Position numbers and translations under genes: made by a program
Assembly (NCBI GenBank): GCA_020725465.1
Contig: DYEY01000031.1
Location: 21,813 to 85,812 of the forward strand
DNA: 64,000 nt
Source: Dethiobacter sp.
GTDB taxonomy: Bacteria; Bacillota; Dethiobacteria; Dethiobacterales; Dethiobacteraceae
Direction: 5' to 3'
Notes under the pieces: model-generated
Seen by the model: only the letters and a program-made list of their open reading frames with translations
The model's database searches: none
Told to the model about the DNA's origin: nothing
Part shown: piece after piece, positions 35,388-46,526 of the stretch
Layout: every line of letters starts with the position of its first letter
Numbering within the stretch: position 1 is the first letter of the stretch

Positions 35388-36410
35388 ATGTTAAAAGTGG
35401 CTGTAGTTGGCGCTACCGGATATACGGGAAGAGAGCTTTTGGAGATACTGCTGCGGCACCCTTATGCCAGGCCCTTTTGCCTGACTTCGGAGAGTTCGGC
35501 CGGGCAGCGTATCGACCAGGTTTACCCGCAGTTCCGCTCCCGACTTGATATAGCACTGCATAAAGTCGACGATATGGAGAAGCTGGCGGAGTGTGATTTT
35601 ATCTTCAGCGCTCTGCCCCACGGCCTGTCTATGGACGTGGTGCCAAAGCTTCTTGCCACCGGGAAAAAGGTGGTGGACCTAAGCGGTGACTACCGCCTGA
35701 AAGACAGCGGGCTCTACCCGCAGTGGTACGGTTACAGGCACCGCTGCACCGGGTGGCTGGAAAAGAGCGTTTACGGCCTGCCGGAGGTGAAAGGGGTGGA
35801 GATTAAGAAAGCCACCCTGGTGGCCAACCCGGGCTGTTACCCCACCAGCGTGCTGCTGCCGGTCATTCCACTGCTCAAAGAAGGACTGGTGGACCCGGAG
35901 CAGATTATTGTTGATGCCAAGTCCGGTGTCTCCGGGGCGGGGCGCTCGCCCAGGCTGCCTTTCCATTTCCCGGAGTGCACCGAGAACTTCAAGGCTTACA
36001 AGGTGGCGGAGCACCAGCACACACCGGAGATTGAACAGGAACTTTCGCAGGTGGCGGGGCGGGAAGTGGTAGTCACCTTTACGGCTCACCTGGTGCCCAT
36101 GGTGCGGGGCATACTCTCCACCATCTACCTGAAACCGGTATCCGGAGCAGAGGAAGAAACGCTGTGGCAGGCTTACGAAAAACATTATAGAGGAAAGCGG
36201 TTCGTGCGGCTGCTGAAGGCGCCGGAGCTGCCGGAGACGAAGCACGTGAGCTGCACTAATTTCTGTGATATATCGTTTCGCCTGGACCGCCGGGCAGGCC
36301 GGCTGGTGGTGATTTCGGCCATCGACAACCTGGTGAAGGGCGCCTCGGGCCAGGCGGTGCAAAATATGAACATTATGCAGGGCTGGCCGGAAGAGGCGGG
36401 CCTGATATGA
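35388..36410 (+). CDS. argC: N-acetyl-gamma-glutamyl-phosphate reductase
   Basis: VAVVGATGYTGRELL and the active-site Cys motif ANPGCYPTS. Confidence 0.9.
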   Translation: MLKVAVVGATGYTGRELLEILLRHPYARPFCLTSESSAGQRIDQVYPQFRSRLDIALHKVDDMEKLAECDFIFSALPHGLSMDVVPKLLATGKKVVDLSGDYRLKDSGLYPQWYGYRHRCTGWLEKSVYGLPEVKGVEIKKATLVANPGCYPTSVLLPVIPLLKEGLVDPEQIIVDAKSGVSGAGRSPRLPFHFPECTENFKAYKVAEHQHTPEIEQELSQVAGREVVVTFTAHLVPMVRGILSTIYLKPVSGAEEETLWQAYEKHYRGKRFVRLLKAPELPETKHVSCTNFCDISFRLDRRAGRLVVISAIDNLVKGASGQAVQNMNIMQGWPEEAGLI

Positions 36411-36423
36411 GGAGGCAACAGAG

Positions 36424-37635
36424 ATGAAGTTTCATAAAGTAGAGGGCGGTGTGACGGCGGCGGAAGGTTTCCTGGCTGCCGGCGTGCACTGCGGCATAAA
36501 GAAAAAGAACGGCAAGAAGGATGTGGCCCTGGTGTTTTCCGAAACCAGGGCGGCGGCGGCGGGTGTCTACACCAAAAACCGTTTCCAGGCGCCGCCGCTG
36601 CTACTCACCAGGGAGCACCTGGCAGGCGGCTATGCCCGTGCCATCGTCTGTAACAGCGGCAACGCCAATGCCTGCACCGGTGAACAGGGACTGAAAGACG
36701 CTAGGCGGATGGCAGAAATCACCGCCGAAGAGCTGGGTATTGCTCCGCAGGAGGTGGCGGTGGCTTCCACCGGGGTTATTGGCCAGTACCTGCCCATGGC
36801 AACGGTGGAAGAAGGTATCCGCGCCGCGGCCAGAGAGCTGAGCAGGACAGGTGGCGCGGCGGCCGCGGCCGCTATTATGACCACTGACCTGGTAAGCAAG
36901 GAAACCGCCTACAGCCTGGAAATAGGGGGCAAAACGGTGACGGTGGGGGGTATGGCCAAGGGTTCCGGCATGATTCACCCCAACATGGCTACCATGCTGG
37001 CCTTTGTCACCACCGACTGCAACATCAGCCCGGTTCTGTTGCATAAGGCGCTGGTATACACGGTGGATCGCTCCTACAACCTGATTACGGTGGACGGTGA
37101 CACCAGCACCAACGACATGGTGGTGGTCCTGGCCAATGGGATGGCGGGTAACACGGAGATTACCGACGGGAGCGCCGACTACCACCGCTTCCTCACACTG
37201 CTGCAGAGGGTTAACACTGACCTGTCCCAAATGATTGTACGGGACGGGGAAGGCGCTACCAAGTTTATCCAGGTTACTGTAAAAAACGCCGCTTCCTTTG
37301 CGGACGGCAAGGCGCTGGCCATGGGTATCCTGGGTTCCAACCTGGTTAAGACGGCTTTCTTTGGCGAGGATGCCAACTGGGGGCGGATTGTTTCCGCCAT
37401 GGGGCAGACCGCGGTGGAGTTTTACCCGGAGCGGGTGGACGTTTTCCTGGGCGACCTGCCGGTTTTCCGCGACGGCCGGGGCTTGGTCTTTGATGAGGCG
37501 CGGGCCAGGGAGATACTTGGCAAAAGAGATATCTTTGTCACAGTGGATCTGAAGATGGGTAACGAAAATGTCACTGCCTGGGGCTGCGACCTCAGCCACG
37601 ATTACGTTACCATTAACGCCAGTTACCGTACTTAG
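36424..37635 (+). CDS. argJ: bifunctional ornithine acetyltransferase / N-acetylglutamate synthase
   Basis: GVTAAEGFLAAGVHCGIKK and the autoprocessing site ATMLAFVTTD. Confidence 0.9.
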   Translation: MKFHKVEGGVTAAEGFLAAGVHCGIKKKNGKKDVALVFSETRAAAAGVYTKNRFQAPPLLLTREHLAGGYARAIVCNSGNANACTGEQGLKDARRMAEITAEELGIAPQEVAVASTGVIGQYLPMATVEEGIRAAARELSRTGGAAAAAAIMTTDLVSKETAYSLEIGGKTVTVGGMAKGSGMIHPNMATMLAFVTTDCNISPVLLHKALVYTVDRSYNLITVDGDTSTNDMVVVLANGMAGNTEITDGSADYHRFLTLLQRVNTDLSQMIVRDGEGATKFIQVTVKNAASFADGKALAMGILGSNLVKTAFFGEDANWGRIVSAMGQTAVEFYPERVDVFLGDLPVFRDGRGLVFDEARAREILGKRDIFVTVDLKMGNENVTAWGCDLSHDYVTINASYRT

Positions 37636-37707
37636 AGGCTGGAGAGGCCGGATACTCGTCCAAACTCAGGGAGAGCATTTATTACCGGAAATAAGGTGGG
37701 GATTTTT

Positions 37708-38601
37708 ATGACCAAAGACATGTTGGAACTGATCGGTAAGGCGGAGGTGCTCATCGAAGCGCTGCCCTATATCAGGACGTTTGCCGACAACACATTTGTA
37801 ATCAAGTACGGCGGCCAGGCCATGGTGTCGGATGAGCTGAAAAAATCGGTTATAATGGACATTATCCTGCTGAAGTTCATCGGCATTAACCCCATCCTGG
37901 TTCACGGCGGCGGAGCGGAAGTGACCAACCTGCTGGAGCGCCTGGGCAAGGAGGCGGTATTCGCCAACGGACTGCGGGTGACCGACGAGGAAACCATGGA
38001 AGTGGTGGAAATGGTCCTGACCGGGAAAGTGAACAAGGAGATCGTCTCATTGATCAACCGCTACGGCGGCAGGGCGGTGGGCCTCTCCGGCAAAGATTCC
38101 GACCTGCTGGTGGCAAAGAGGCGCCCACCGGAGCGGATAAACGGCAGCGGTGTCATGGTAGACCTGGGACTGGTGGGGGACATCATCAGGATTAACCCGC
38201 ATGTTATAAACACATTAAGCAGCCAGGGCTATATACCGGTAATATCGTCCATCGCTGTGGGCCTGGAGGGTGAGAGCCTTAACATTAACGCCGACCATGT
38301 GGCCGGGGAACTGGCGGCGGCGCTGTCGGCGGAAAAGCTGATTCTGCTCACCGACGTGGAAGGGATTTTTGCCGATCCCGCTGACAAAAACAGCCTGATT
38401 TCCACGCTGCCGCGGGCCAAAGCCGTGGAGATGATTGAAAGCGGGCGCATCAACAAGGGCATGATCCCCAAAGTGGAAGCCTGCCTTAAAGCGCTGGAAC
38501 ACGGGGTGCCCCGCACCCACATCATCGATGGGCGCCTGCCCCATTCCCTGCTTTTGGAAATATTCACCGACCATGGCATTGGCACCATGGTAACCGGCTA
38601 A
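37708..38601 (+). CDS. argB: acetylglutamate kinase
   Basis: FVIKYGGQAM, LVHGGG and NINADHVAGELA. Confidence 0.9.
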   Translation: MTKDMLELIGKAEVLIEALPYIRTFADNTFVIKYGGQAMVSDELKKSVIMDIILLKFIGINPILVHGGGAEVTNLLERLGKEAVFANGLRVTDEETMEVVEMVLTGKVNKEIVSLINRYGGRAVGLSGKDSDLLVAKRRPPERINGSGVMVDLGLVGDIIRINPHVINTLSSQGYIPVISSIAVGLEGESLNINADHVAGELAAALSAEKLILLTDVEGIFADPADKNSLISTLPRAKAVEMIESGRINKGMIPKVEACLKALEHGVPRTHIIDGRLPHSLLLEIFTDHGIGTMVTG

Positions 38602-38612
38602 GGAGAGTGACT

Positions 38613-39803
38613 ATGATGGAAACCAAGATCAGGGAGAGGCAATATATTATAAACACTTATAACCGCCGGCCCGACTTCACGCTGCACATCAAACGGGGCG
38701 AGGGGGTGTATGTATGGGACGAAAAGGGCAACCGCTACCTGGACTTTGTCACCGGCCTGGCGGTGAACAACCTGGGGCATTGCCACCCGGCGGTGGTGGC
38801 TGCCATCTGCAACCAGGCAAAGAAGCTGATGCACACCTCCAATCTTTATTACACCGAGCCGCAGGTCAAACTGGCGGAGCTTTTGGTACAGCATACCCCG
38901 GCCGACAAGGTCTTCTTCTGCAACAGCGGCGCTGAGGCCAACGAGGCGGCTATCAAGCTGGCGCGAAAACTGGGGAAAAAGAGGCGGGGTGAGCAGGCTC
39001 ACGCTGTGATTACCGCCGAAAATTCTTTCCACGGCCGGACGCTGGCCACCATCACTGCCACCGGCCAACCCAAATACCGTAAAGGGTTTGAACCGCTGAT
39101 GCCGGGCTTCCGCTATGGCCGTTTCAACGACCTGGAGTCCTTTGCCGGGCTGGTGGACGATGAGACCTGTGCCGTCATGGTGGAACCGGTACAGGGTGAG
39201 GGCGGAGTATACCCCGCCACCGCCGGATTCCTGCAGGGCCTCCGGCAGCTGTGCGATGAGCACGGCCTGCTTTTGATTTTTGACGAGGTGCAGTGCGGTA
39301 TGGGCAGAAGCGGCAAGCTCCTGGCGGGGCAGGTATATGGTGTGGAGCCGGACCTCTTTACCCTGGCCAAAGCCCTGGGCGGCGGGCTGCCTATCGGGGC
39401 GCTGGGGGCTAAGGGTGAGGCGGCGGACGTCCTGGTGCCCGGCGACCACGCCTCCACTTTCGGTGGTAACCCGGTCACCTGCGCGGCCGCGGTGGCGGTG
39501 ATGGAGACCTTGCTGGAGAGCGGCTTCCTGTCGCGAGTGGAGAAAATGGGGGAGTACCTGGCCGACAAGCTCAGGCAGATGGGGACAGCGGTGCCTGGTA
39601 TCCGGGAGGTGCGTGGCCTGGGGTTGATGATGGGAGTGGAAATTGAAGGCGATGCCGCCGCAGCGGCAGCAGGCTGCCAGGAGAAGGGGCTCCTGATAAA
39701 CGCCATCGGCGGCAGGACACTCCGCCTGTTGCCGCCGCTTACGGTGGAAGAGGAGCACATTGACGCGGCGGTCCAGGTTATCCAGGATGTACTCAAGTCT
39801 TAA
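38613..39803 (+). CDS. argD: acetylornithine aminotransferase
   Basis: NSGAEANEAAIKLAR, DEVQCGMGRSGK and the PLP lysine region TLAKALGGGLP. Confidence 0.9.
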   Translation: MMETKIRERQYIINTYNRRPDFTLHIKRGEGVYVWDEKGNRYLDFVTGLAVNNLGHCHPAVVAAICNQAKKLMHTSNLYYTEPQVKLAELLVQHTPADKVFFCNSGAEANEAAIKLARKLGKKRRGEQAHAVITAENSFHGRTLATITATGQPKYRKGFEPLMPGFRYGRFNDLESFAGLVDDETCAVMVEPVQGEGGVYPATAGFLQGLRQLCDEHGLLLIFDEVQCGMGRSGKLLAGQVYGVEPDLFTLAKALGGGLPIGALGAKGEAADVLVPGDHASTFGGNPVTCAAAVAVMETLLESGFLSRVEKMGEYLADKLRQMGTAVPGIREVRGLGLMMGVEIEGDAAAAAAGCQEKGLLINAIGGRTLRLLPPLTVEEEHIDAAVQVIQDVLKS

Positions 39804-39839
39804 GCGGTGTCCTGATCTGATTTATAGGGGGCAGGAAAG

Positions 39840-40769
39840 ATGAAATACCTGCAAGGGAGAGACTTTCTTACTGTTAACGATTTTTCCCGGGATGAACTGT
39901 GGGAACTTCTGAGCTTGGCAGTTAAACTCAAGCAGGAATCAAAGGCGGGTAAGGCGCACCATTTGCTGCGCGGCAAGACCCTGGGCATGATTTTTCAGAA
40001 GGCCTCCACCAGGACCAGGATATCTTTCGAGGTGGCCATGTGGCAGCTGGGCGGTTATGCACTGTTTCTCAGCGCCCAGGACCTGCAGATGGGAAGAGGA
40101 GAACCGGTACGAGACACAGCCAGAGTTCTGTCCCGCTACCTGGACGGCATCATGATACGCACCTTTGACCACGGGGAAGTGGAAGAACTGGCGAAGCACG
40201 CCGATATCCCCGTTATCAACGGGCTGACCGATCTGCTGCATCCCTGCCAGGCCATGGCGGACATGCAGACCATCCTGGAAAAAAAGGGCAAGCTCCAGGG
40301 GGTGAAGCTGGCTTACGTCGGCGATGGCAATAACGTGGCCCACTCCCTTCTGCTGGCCGCCAGTAAGCTGGGACTTGACATAACGGTGGCCGCTCCCAGG
40401 GGGTATGAACCCAGGGAAGAGGTGGTGACGGCAGCACGTTACAACGCTTCGCGCGACGGTTCCGCAGTTATTGTAACCTCTGACCCGCTGCGGGCGGTCA
40501 CCGGTGCCGACGTGGTCTACACCGATGTCTGGGCCAGCATGGGGCAGGAGGCGGAACAGGCGATACGAGCCAGAGTATTTAAACCTTACCAGTTAAACGC
40601 CGCTCTTTTGGCCAAAGCTTCCCCTGAAGCCATAGTAATGCACTGCCTGCCTGCCCACCGCGGTGAAGAAATCACCGATGATGTGATAGAAGGACCGCAG
40701 TCCGTGGTTTTTGACCAGGCGGAAAACCGCCTGCACGCCCAAAAGGCGATTCTCGCCACCCTGCTTTAA
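39840..40769 (+). CDS. argF: ornithine carbamoyltransferase
   Basis: STRTRISFE, the HPCQAMAD motif and HCLPAHRGEE. Confidence 0.9.
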   Translation: MKYLQGRDFLTVNDFSRDELWELLSLAVKLKQESKAGKAHHLLRGKTLGMIFQKASTRTRISFEVAMWQLGGYALFLSAQDLQMGRGEPVRDTARVLSRYLDGIMIRTFDHGEVEELAKHADIPVINGLTDLLHPCQAMADMQTILEKKGKLQGVKLAYVGDGNNVAHSLLLAASKLGLDITVAAPRGYEPREEVVTAARYNASRDGSAVIVTSDPLRAVTGADVVYTDVWASMGQEAEQAIRARVFKPYQLNAALLAKASPEAIVMHCLPAHRGEEITDDVIEGPQSVVFDQAENRLHAQKAILATLL

Positions 40770-40790
40770 TCTTACCGGGGAGTGATAGAG

Positions 40791-42002
40791 ATGAAAAAAA
40801 TAGTACTGGCTTATTCCGGCGGGCTTGATACCTCGGTGGCCATCAGCTGGCTGAAGGAAAAATACAACTGCGAAGTGGTTGCTATGGCCGCCGATGTAGG
40901 ACAGGGGGAAGAACTGGCGCTTCTCAGAGAAAAGGCGGCTGCCTCCGGTGCCAGCAAACTCTATATTGAGGACGTCAGGGAGGAGTTTGTGCGGGATTTC
41001 ATATTTCCCATGCTGAAAGCCGGTGCCATGTATGAGAGGCAGTATTTGCTTGGCACCGCCATCGCCCGCCCGGCCATCGCCAAGCGGCTGGTGGAAGTGG
41101 CGCTGAAAGAAGGAGCCGACGCCGTGGCCCACGGTGCCACCGGCAAGGGCAATGACCAGGTACGCTTTGAGCTGACGGTAAAAGCCCTGGCGCCCCAGTT
41201 AAAAATTGTGGCGCCCTGGCGTGAGTGGGAAATCCGCTCCCGGGACGATGCCTTCGATTACGCCGAAAAACGGGGCATACCGCTGCCGGTGACCAAGGAC
41301 AAGCCTTACAGCATGGACCGCAACATCTGGCATTTGAGCTATGAGGGCGGTATCCTGGAGGACCCGACCCGGGAACCGGATAAAGACATGTTCCTCTTAA
41401 CCGTGGATCCGGCGGACGCGCCGGATGAGCCCGGCTATGTCACCATCGGCTTTGAGCAGGGTGTACCGGTAAGCATTGACGGCCGGGTTCCCGGCCCGGT
41501 GGAGCTGCTGACCGAACTTAACGCCCTGGCCGGACGGCATGGTGTGGGCCGGGTAGACATGGTGGAAAACCGCCTGGTGGGGATGAAGTCACGCGGCGTC
41601 TACGAGACGCCGGGCGGCACGCTGCTTTACTTCGCCCACCGGCAGCTGGAATCACTGACGCTGGACCGCGAGACGCTGCACTTTAAAGAGATGGTGGCGA
41701 TAAAATACGGGCAGCTGGTCTACTACGGGCAGTGGTACACGCCGCTGCGCGAAGCGCTGGATGCTTTTGTCAATTGCACTCAGCGAAATGTTACCGGTTC
41801 CGTCCGGCTGAAACTCTTCAAAGGCAACATCAGCGTGGCCGGCCGCTGGTCCGAGTTCTCGCTCTACCGCGAGGACCTGGCCACTTTCGGTGCCGATGCG
41901 GTTTACAACCAACGCGATGCTGAAGGATTCATCAACCTGTTTGGGTTGCCCCTCAAGGTCCAGGGGCTGCTGGAACAGAAAAGAGCGGAGAAAAAGCAGT
42001 GA
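40791..42002 (+). CDS. argG: argininosuccinate synthase
   Basis: The [10 protein letters not shown]-loop, [13 protein letters not shown] and [10 protein letters not shown]. Confidence 0.9.
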   Translation: MKKIVLAYSGGLDTSVAISWLKEKYNCEVVAMAADVGQGEELALLREKAAASGASKLYIEDVREEFVRDFIFPMLKAGAMYERQYLLGTAIARPAIAKRLVEVALKEGADAVAHGATGKGNDQVRFELTVKALAPQLKIVAPWREWEIRSRDDAFDYAEKRGIPLPVTKDKPYSMDRNIWHLSYEGGILEDPTREPDKDMFLLTVDPADAPDEPGYVTIGFEQGVPVSIDGRVPGPVELLTELNALAGRHGVGRVDMVENRLVGMKSRGVYETPGGTLLYFAHRQLESLTLDRETLHFKEMVAIKYGQLVYYGQWYTPLREALDAFVNCTQRNVTGSVRLKLFKGNISVAGRWSEFSLYREDLATFGADAVYNQRDAEGFINLFGLPLKVQGLLEQKRAEKKQ

Positions 42003-43372
42003 AACTGTGGGGTGGACGTTTCAGCAAGGACACCGATGCCCTGGTGGAGAAGTTTACCGCCTCTATACCCTTTGACCGGCGGTTGGCGGACGAGGATATC
42101 CTGGGCAGCATGGCGCACTGCCGCATGCTGGCCGCCTGCGGCATCATCGGCGCGGAGGATGCCGCCGCCATCCTGAAGGGGCTGGAAGAAATAAAAGAGG
42201 AAATCGGGCGGGGCGAGCTGGAGTTTTCACTGGCGCTGGAAGACATCCACATGCATGTGGAAAAGTGGCTGACCGAAAAAATCGGCGCGGCCGGCGGCCG
42301 ACTCCACACCGCCCGTTCCCGCAACGACCAGGTGGCCCTGGACCTGCACCTGTTTGTCAGGCGGGAAATAAGGGAAGTGGAGCTGCTGATCAAGAACCTG
42401 CAGGAAGCGATCTTAAATGTGGCCGAAGCCAACTTTGATGTGATAATGCCCGGCTATACCCACCTGCAGCGCGCCCAGCCCATACTTTTCGCCCACCACC
42501 TGCTGGCCTATTTCTGGATGCTGGAGCGGGATCTGGCAAGATTCCGCGACGCGTACAAGCGGGCAGACCTGATGCCCCTGGGTGCCGGCGCCTTAGCCGG
42601 CACCACCTTCCCCGTCAACCGGGAAATGGTGGCGGAGGAACTGGGCTTTGCTTCCCTTTATGAGAACAGCATAGACGCGGTGAGCGACCGCGACTTTGTG
42701 GCGGAGTTTCATTTTAATTCCTCCCTCCTGATGACCCATCTCAGCCGGCTCTCCGAGGACATCATCCTGTGGAGTTCAGCTGAGTTTGGCTTTGTTACTT
42801 TGGATGACGCCTTTACCACCGGTTCCAGCATCATGCCGCAAAAAAAGAACCCCGACGTGGCCGAGCTGGTACGCGGCAAATCGGGGCGGGTGCTGGGCAA
42901 CCTGGTGGCGCTGCTTACCATGCTCAAAGGCCTGCCCCTGGCCTACAACAGGGATATGCAGGAAGACAAGGAAGGCCTCTTTGACACGGTAGACACGGTA
43001 AAGATGTGCCTGGCCGTCTACGCCGGCATGATTGGTACCATGAAAGTGAACAGCGACAGGATGTATGTCGCCGTGGACGGTGATTTCGCCAGCGCCACCG
43101 ATCTGGCCGACCACCTGGTGCGCAAGGGAATGCCCTTCCGGGAAGCCCACGCCGTGGTAGGCCGCCTGGTGGCCAAGTGCGTGCAGGAAAAAAAGAGGCT
43201 GGACAGCCTGACCGTGCAGGAGCTTGCTGACGCAAGCCCGCTGCTGGGGGAGGAATCGCTTAAACTTCTTTCCCCGCAGTCGTGTGTGGCAGCGCGCCAA
43301 AGCCGCGGCGGCACCGCACGGGAGGCGGTTGCCGGGCAGGTGGCAGCGGCGCGGGTGGCGCTGGCAAAATAA
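41999..43372 (+). CDS. argH: argininosuccinate lyase
   Basis: KLWGGRFSK and the fumarate-lyase signature [15 protein letters not shown] start overlaps the argG stop. Confidence 0.9.
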   Translation: MKLWGGRFSKDTDALVEKFTASIPFDRRLADEDILGSMAHCRMLAACGIIGAEDAAAILKGLEEIKEEIGRGELEFSLALEDIHMHVEKWLTEKIGAAGGRLHTARSRNDQVALDLHLFVRREIREVELLIKNLQEAILNVAEANFDVIMPGYTHLQRAQPILFAHHLLAYFWMLERDLARFRDAYKRADLMPLGAGALAGTTFPVNREMVAEELGFASLYENSIDAVSDRDFVAEFHFNSSLLMTHLSRLSEDIILWSSAEFGFVTLDDAFTTGSSIMPQKKNPDVAELVRGKSGRVLGNLVALLTMLKGLPLAYNRDMQEDKEGLFDTVDTVKMCLAVYAGMIGTMKVNSDRMYVAVDGDFASATDLADHLVRKGMPFREAHAVVGRLVAKCVQEKKRLDSLTVQELADASPLLGEESLKLLSPQSCVAARQSRGGTAREAVAGQVAAARVALAK

Positions 43373-43475
43373 CAGGGTCGCAGGGAGAAATGTATAGTGG
43401 CACCCTTTCCGAACCATCGCTTTATTATATTATTCGGAAAAAGTATGTGAATATTTTGTGTTTTTCTTTCAGGTG

Positions 43476-43483
43476 GCAGGAAT
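43476..43483 (+). promoter_or_regulatory. GCAGGAAT -35-like element upstream of the GlcD-like gene
   Basis: Same 8-mer as at 17268, 19856, 26999 and 46492. The downstream -10 position has cTAAT rather than GAAT. Confidence 0.3.
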
Positions 43484-43520
43484 TATTAAAAAAAAGGCTA
43501 ATAAATATCTGTAGGACAGA

Positions 43521-43531
43521 TGGTCAGACCA
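43521..43531. promoter_or_regulatory. candidate LldR/GntR (FadR-subfamily) operator TGGTCAGACCA
   Basis: Near-palindromic 11-mer (5-nt arms TGGTC/GACCA) fitting TNGT-N3-ACNA, with 27 nt between it and the start codon. Confidence 0.5.
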
Positions 43532-43558
43532 CTGGCTTAAGTACGGGGAGGGATTGCC

Positions 43559-44977
43559 ATGTACCAGACTGTAACTGCGGAGATTGTGGAGAAATTAAAG
43601 GAAATCTGCGGTGCACGGAACGTTATATTTAACGATGAAGAAAAACTCGAAGCCTATTCCCACGACGAGGTGGCGGAAAAAGAATATGCCCACATGCCGG
43701 AGGTGGTGGTGAAACCCGGCAGCGCCGGAGAAGTGGCGGCGGTCATGAAGCTGGCCAATGAGCTGAAGATTCCCGTAACCCCGCGGGGAGCGGGTACCGG
43801 GTTATCCGGCGGGGCTGTTCCCATCTACGGTGGCATTCTGCTTTCGGTGGAGAATTTAAACAGGATCCTGGAGGTGGACTTAGACAACCTGATGGTGGTG
43901 GTGGAGTCCGGCGTGATCACCAACGACATCAATGAAGAGCTGAAAAAACACGGGCTTTTCTTTGCCGGTTATCCCATGAGCCTGCAGTCCTGCTTTATCG
44001 GCGGCAACGTGGCGGAAAACGCCGGCGGCGGGCGTGCCATCAAATACGGGGTCACCGGCCGTTACATCATGGGCCTGGAAGTGGTGCTGCCAACGGGAGA
44101 GTTGGTCTGGTTCGGCGGCAAACGGGTCAAGGACGTGACCGGCTACAACCTGGTTCAGCTCATGGTGGGGTCGGAAGGGACCCTGGGCGTTATCACCAAG
44201 GTGATTATCAAGCTGCTGCCGCTGCCCACGGCCAAGGTGGACCTGCTGGCCCTGTTCCCGGACATCGAGACGGCTATTAACGTGGTGCCGCTGATTATGA
44301 CCAAAGCCGGCATCATTCCCACCGGTATTGAGTTTATGGACCGCCTGTCGGTTACCACCACCCACCAGTACCTGGGGGAAAAGATGGCCTACCCGGAAAC
44401 CGGCGCCGTGCTCCTGATCGAACTGGACGGAACCAGCCAGGAGCAGCTACGCAATGATGCCATGGCTGTTTCCGAGCTGCTGATGGAAAACGGCGTCATC
44501 GAGGTGTACGCTGCCGAAACGCCGGACACTCAGGAGAAAATCTGGAAAATCCGGCGCAACGTGGCGGAAGCCTTCAAGGCCATTGACCCGGTGCAGACAC
44601 TGGAAGACATCGTGGTGCCCATTGCGAGCATTCCCAAGGTTATTCCCATGCTGTCCGGATTGTCGGAAAAATACAATGTGCTCATACCCTGTTACGGCCA
44701 TGCCGGTGACGGCAACCTGCACGCCACCGTGGTGAAAAAAGCCGAAATGGATATGGAGACCTGGAAAAAAGTACTGCCTCAGGTGCTTGCCGATATGTAC
44801 CGCGCCGTGCATGAACTGGGAGGAACCATCAGCGGCGAGCACGGCATCGGACATAAGCGCAAAGAGTTTTTACCGCTGGTGATGGGTGAGCCGGAAATCA
44901 ACCTTATGAAGAGGATAAAACTGGCCTTTGACCCCAATAACATCCTGAACCCGGGAAAAATCTTCGACATAGCATAA
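43559..44977 (+). CDS. FAD-linked oxidase, GlcD / D-lactate dehydrogenase family
   Basis: FAD-binding PCMH domain (VVKPGSAGEVAAVMKLANELKIPVTPRGAGTGLSGGAVP) and C-terminal GTISGEHGIGHKR. Confidence 0.8.
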   Translation: MYQTVTAEIVEKLKEICGARNVIFNDEEKLEAYSHDEVAEKEYAHMPEVVVKPGSAGEVAAVMKLANELKIPVTPRGAGTGLSGGAVPIYGGILLSVENLNRILEVDLDNLMVVVESGVITNDINEELKKHGLFFAGYPMSLQSCFIGGNVAENAGGGRAIKYGVTGRYIMGLEVVLPTGELVWFGGKRVKDVTGYNLVQLMVGSEGTLGVITKVIIKLLPLPTAKVDLLALFPDIETAINVVPLIMTKAGIIPTGIEFMDRLSVTTTHQYLGEKMAYPETGAVLLIELDGTSQEQLRNDAMAVSELLMENGVIEVYAAETPDTQEKIWKIRRNVAEAFKAIDPVQTLEDIVVPIASIPKVIPMLSGLSEKYNVLIPCYGHAGDGNLHATVVKKAEMDMETWKKVLPQVLADMYRAVHELGGTISGEHGIGHKRKEFLPLVMGEPEINLMKRIKLAFDPNNILNPGKIFDIA

Positions 44978-44981
44978 AAAG

Positions 44982-45010
44982 GGCCACCCTGAAATCATTT
45001 CAGGGTGGCC
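44982..45010. terminator. bidirectional terminator between convergent genes
   Basis: Perfect 14-bp stem ggccaccctgaaat-c-atttcagggtggcc. Confidence 0.75.
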
Positions 45011-45030
45011 GGTTAAAACAGGGGGAGTAC

Positions 45031-46323
45031 TCAGCCGCAGCTGGTAAGGCGGGGCAGGGTGGCCCCGCCGCGGGGCATAATGTAGGCGGGCGGCAGGCCG
45101 CCGTGCTTTTTCTCCACGAAAGCCAGCGCCTCCGCCAGCGACCTGACCGGTTTAAAGCCGGTCAGGAGCACATCAGCCTCCGGCAGGTCTGAAATCAGCA
45201 GGATGTCGTTTTGTTCAGCGAGAAATGCCGTATGATAACCCATGTGGCCGCCGATTGAGTAATCCCGGCGCAGGGCCGCTTCACGGGCGGCGGAGTCACT
45301 GTATTCTTTGAGAATGGCGGCAAACTCGGGGTTACCCAGGCCCTCGCGGCTTTCACTGAGTAAAATGAGGGTGCCGCCTTTTTGCAGGGCAAAGCTGGAA
45401 TTGTACAGGGTTTTATAAGTCTGGTAAAGGTTGATATCTTTGGGGTAGCCCCCGCAGGAGGCGATAACCAGTTCGGCCTGGTCTTCGATATCCACCTTGA
45501 AGTGGCTGTCCACGAAGCTGCACCCTTCACGGTGGGCGGTGATGTAATTGCCGGCCACCACTTTCGCTATTTTGTGGACTTCCTCGTTAATGACGGTATT
45601 GACCAGGAAATCGGGGCTGACCAGGCTGGCGCCCTGGACCATGTCGTCGCTTAAAGGGTTGCCGTCGATTTTACCGGAACAGACCAACGGATTTAAGCCC
45701 AGGCCGTCAGGGTTAAAGGCCAGCGAGTGGTTCTTCATAATGGTTTCTTTGGCGGCGACGCCGGGGATTATGGCTTTTTTGCCACCGCCCCAGCCTGCCA
45801 GGAAATGGTAAACTATGCCGCTGGTTATCACTACCCGGTCAGCTTCAGCCACTCTCTTGTTGACAAGCACACGGTTGCCGCGGGTGGTGGTGCCAAGATA
45901 GACCAGGGAATCTTCATCCCGTGCCCGGTGGTCAAAAACTTCCACACGGCGGTATACGTCTTTACCGACCAAGATGGCGTGCTCCTCCGGTGTCTGGGCG
46001 CGGTGATCTCCGGTGGCCGAGATGATGAAGATATCCCGGTCGGGAATGCCGCCCTTGTTAAGTTCATCCAGGATAAAAGGCATCAGGACGTGGTACCTGG
46101 CCCAGGCCCGGGTCATGTCGCCCACAATGACGCAGGCGGTCTCTCCCGGTTTGACCAGTTGGGAGAGAGGAGCGGAGTCTATGGGATGAGCCAGCGCTTC
46201 CCTGACCAGATCCTCTTCCGAAGCGGGTACGGGCAGCGGCTTCGCTTCTATGATTTGCTTCACCTTGCTGTCAGGATACTCCAGTGACAGCTTTTTTTCG
46301 CCGTAGGAAAGTTCAAGCAGCAT
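45031..46323 (-). CDS. larA: LarA-family (DUF2088) nickel-pincer-dependent lactate racemase-like protein
   Basis: LSYGEKKLSLEYPD...ACVIVGDMTR...FIISATGDHRAQTPEE follows the LarA N-terminal domain pattern, and the length (430 aa) fits. Confidence 0.7.
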   Translation of the reverse strand: MLLELSYGEKKLSLEYPDSKVKQIIEAKPLPVPASEEDLVREALAHPIDSAPLSQLVKPGETACVIVGDMTRAWARYHVLMPFILDELNKGGIPDRDIFIISATGDHRAQTPEEHAILVGKDVYRRVEVFDHRARDEDSLVYLGTTTRGNRVLVNKRVAEADRVVITSGIVYHFLAGWGGGKKAIIPGVAAKETIMKNHSLAFNPDGLGLNPLVCSGKIDGNPLSDDMVQGASLVSPDFLVNTVINEEVHKIAKVVAGNYITAHREGCSFVDSHFKVDIEDQAELVIASCGGYPKDINLYQTYKTLYNSSFALQKGGTLILLSESREGLGNPEFAAILKEYSDSAAREAALRRDYSIGGHMGYHTAFLAEQNDILLISDLPEADVLLTGFKPVRSLAEALAFVEKKHGGLPPAYIMPRGGATLPRLTSCG

Positions 46324-46375
46324 GTGCCTACCTCCATTAGTTTTATTTTGGCCTAAAAATATGCAGTTTATCAGA

Positions 46376-46386
46376 TGGTCAGGCCA
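46376..46386. promoter_or_regulatory. candidate LldR/GntR operator TGGTCAGGCCA upstream of larA
   Basis: On the - strand it reads TGGCCTGACCATCTG, compared with CGGTCTGACCATATG at 46536-46550. Confidence 0.4.
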
Positions 46387-46397
46387 CCTGTTTTGAA

Positions 46398-46425
46398 ATT
46401 TCTACGACTTTTTTCCATTTCCTTC
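46398..46425 (-). promoter_or_regulatory. AGGA/GAAT-like promoter candidate for larA
   Basis: The - strand reads GAAGGAAAT-13 nt-AGAAAT, with the AGGA-to-GAAA distance 21 nt. Confidence 0.3.
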
Positions 46426-46491
46426 TTAAGTATTTTGTTAAAATAAAAAATTTTCACTGTAGTGCTATAAAAAAACTATTTGTCACGGGTT

Positions 46492-46499
46492 GCAGGAAT
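46492..46499 (+). promoter_or_regulatory. GCAGGAAT -35-like element upstream of lctP
   Basis: Same 8-mer. The operators follow 28-47 nt downstream. Confidence 0.3.
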
Positions 46500-46526
46500 T
46501 ATACCGGTAATAACAAATTATAACTG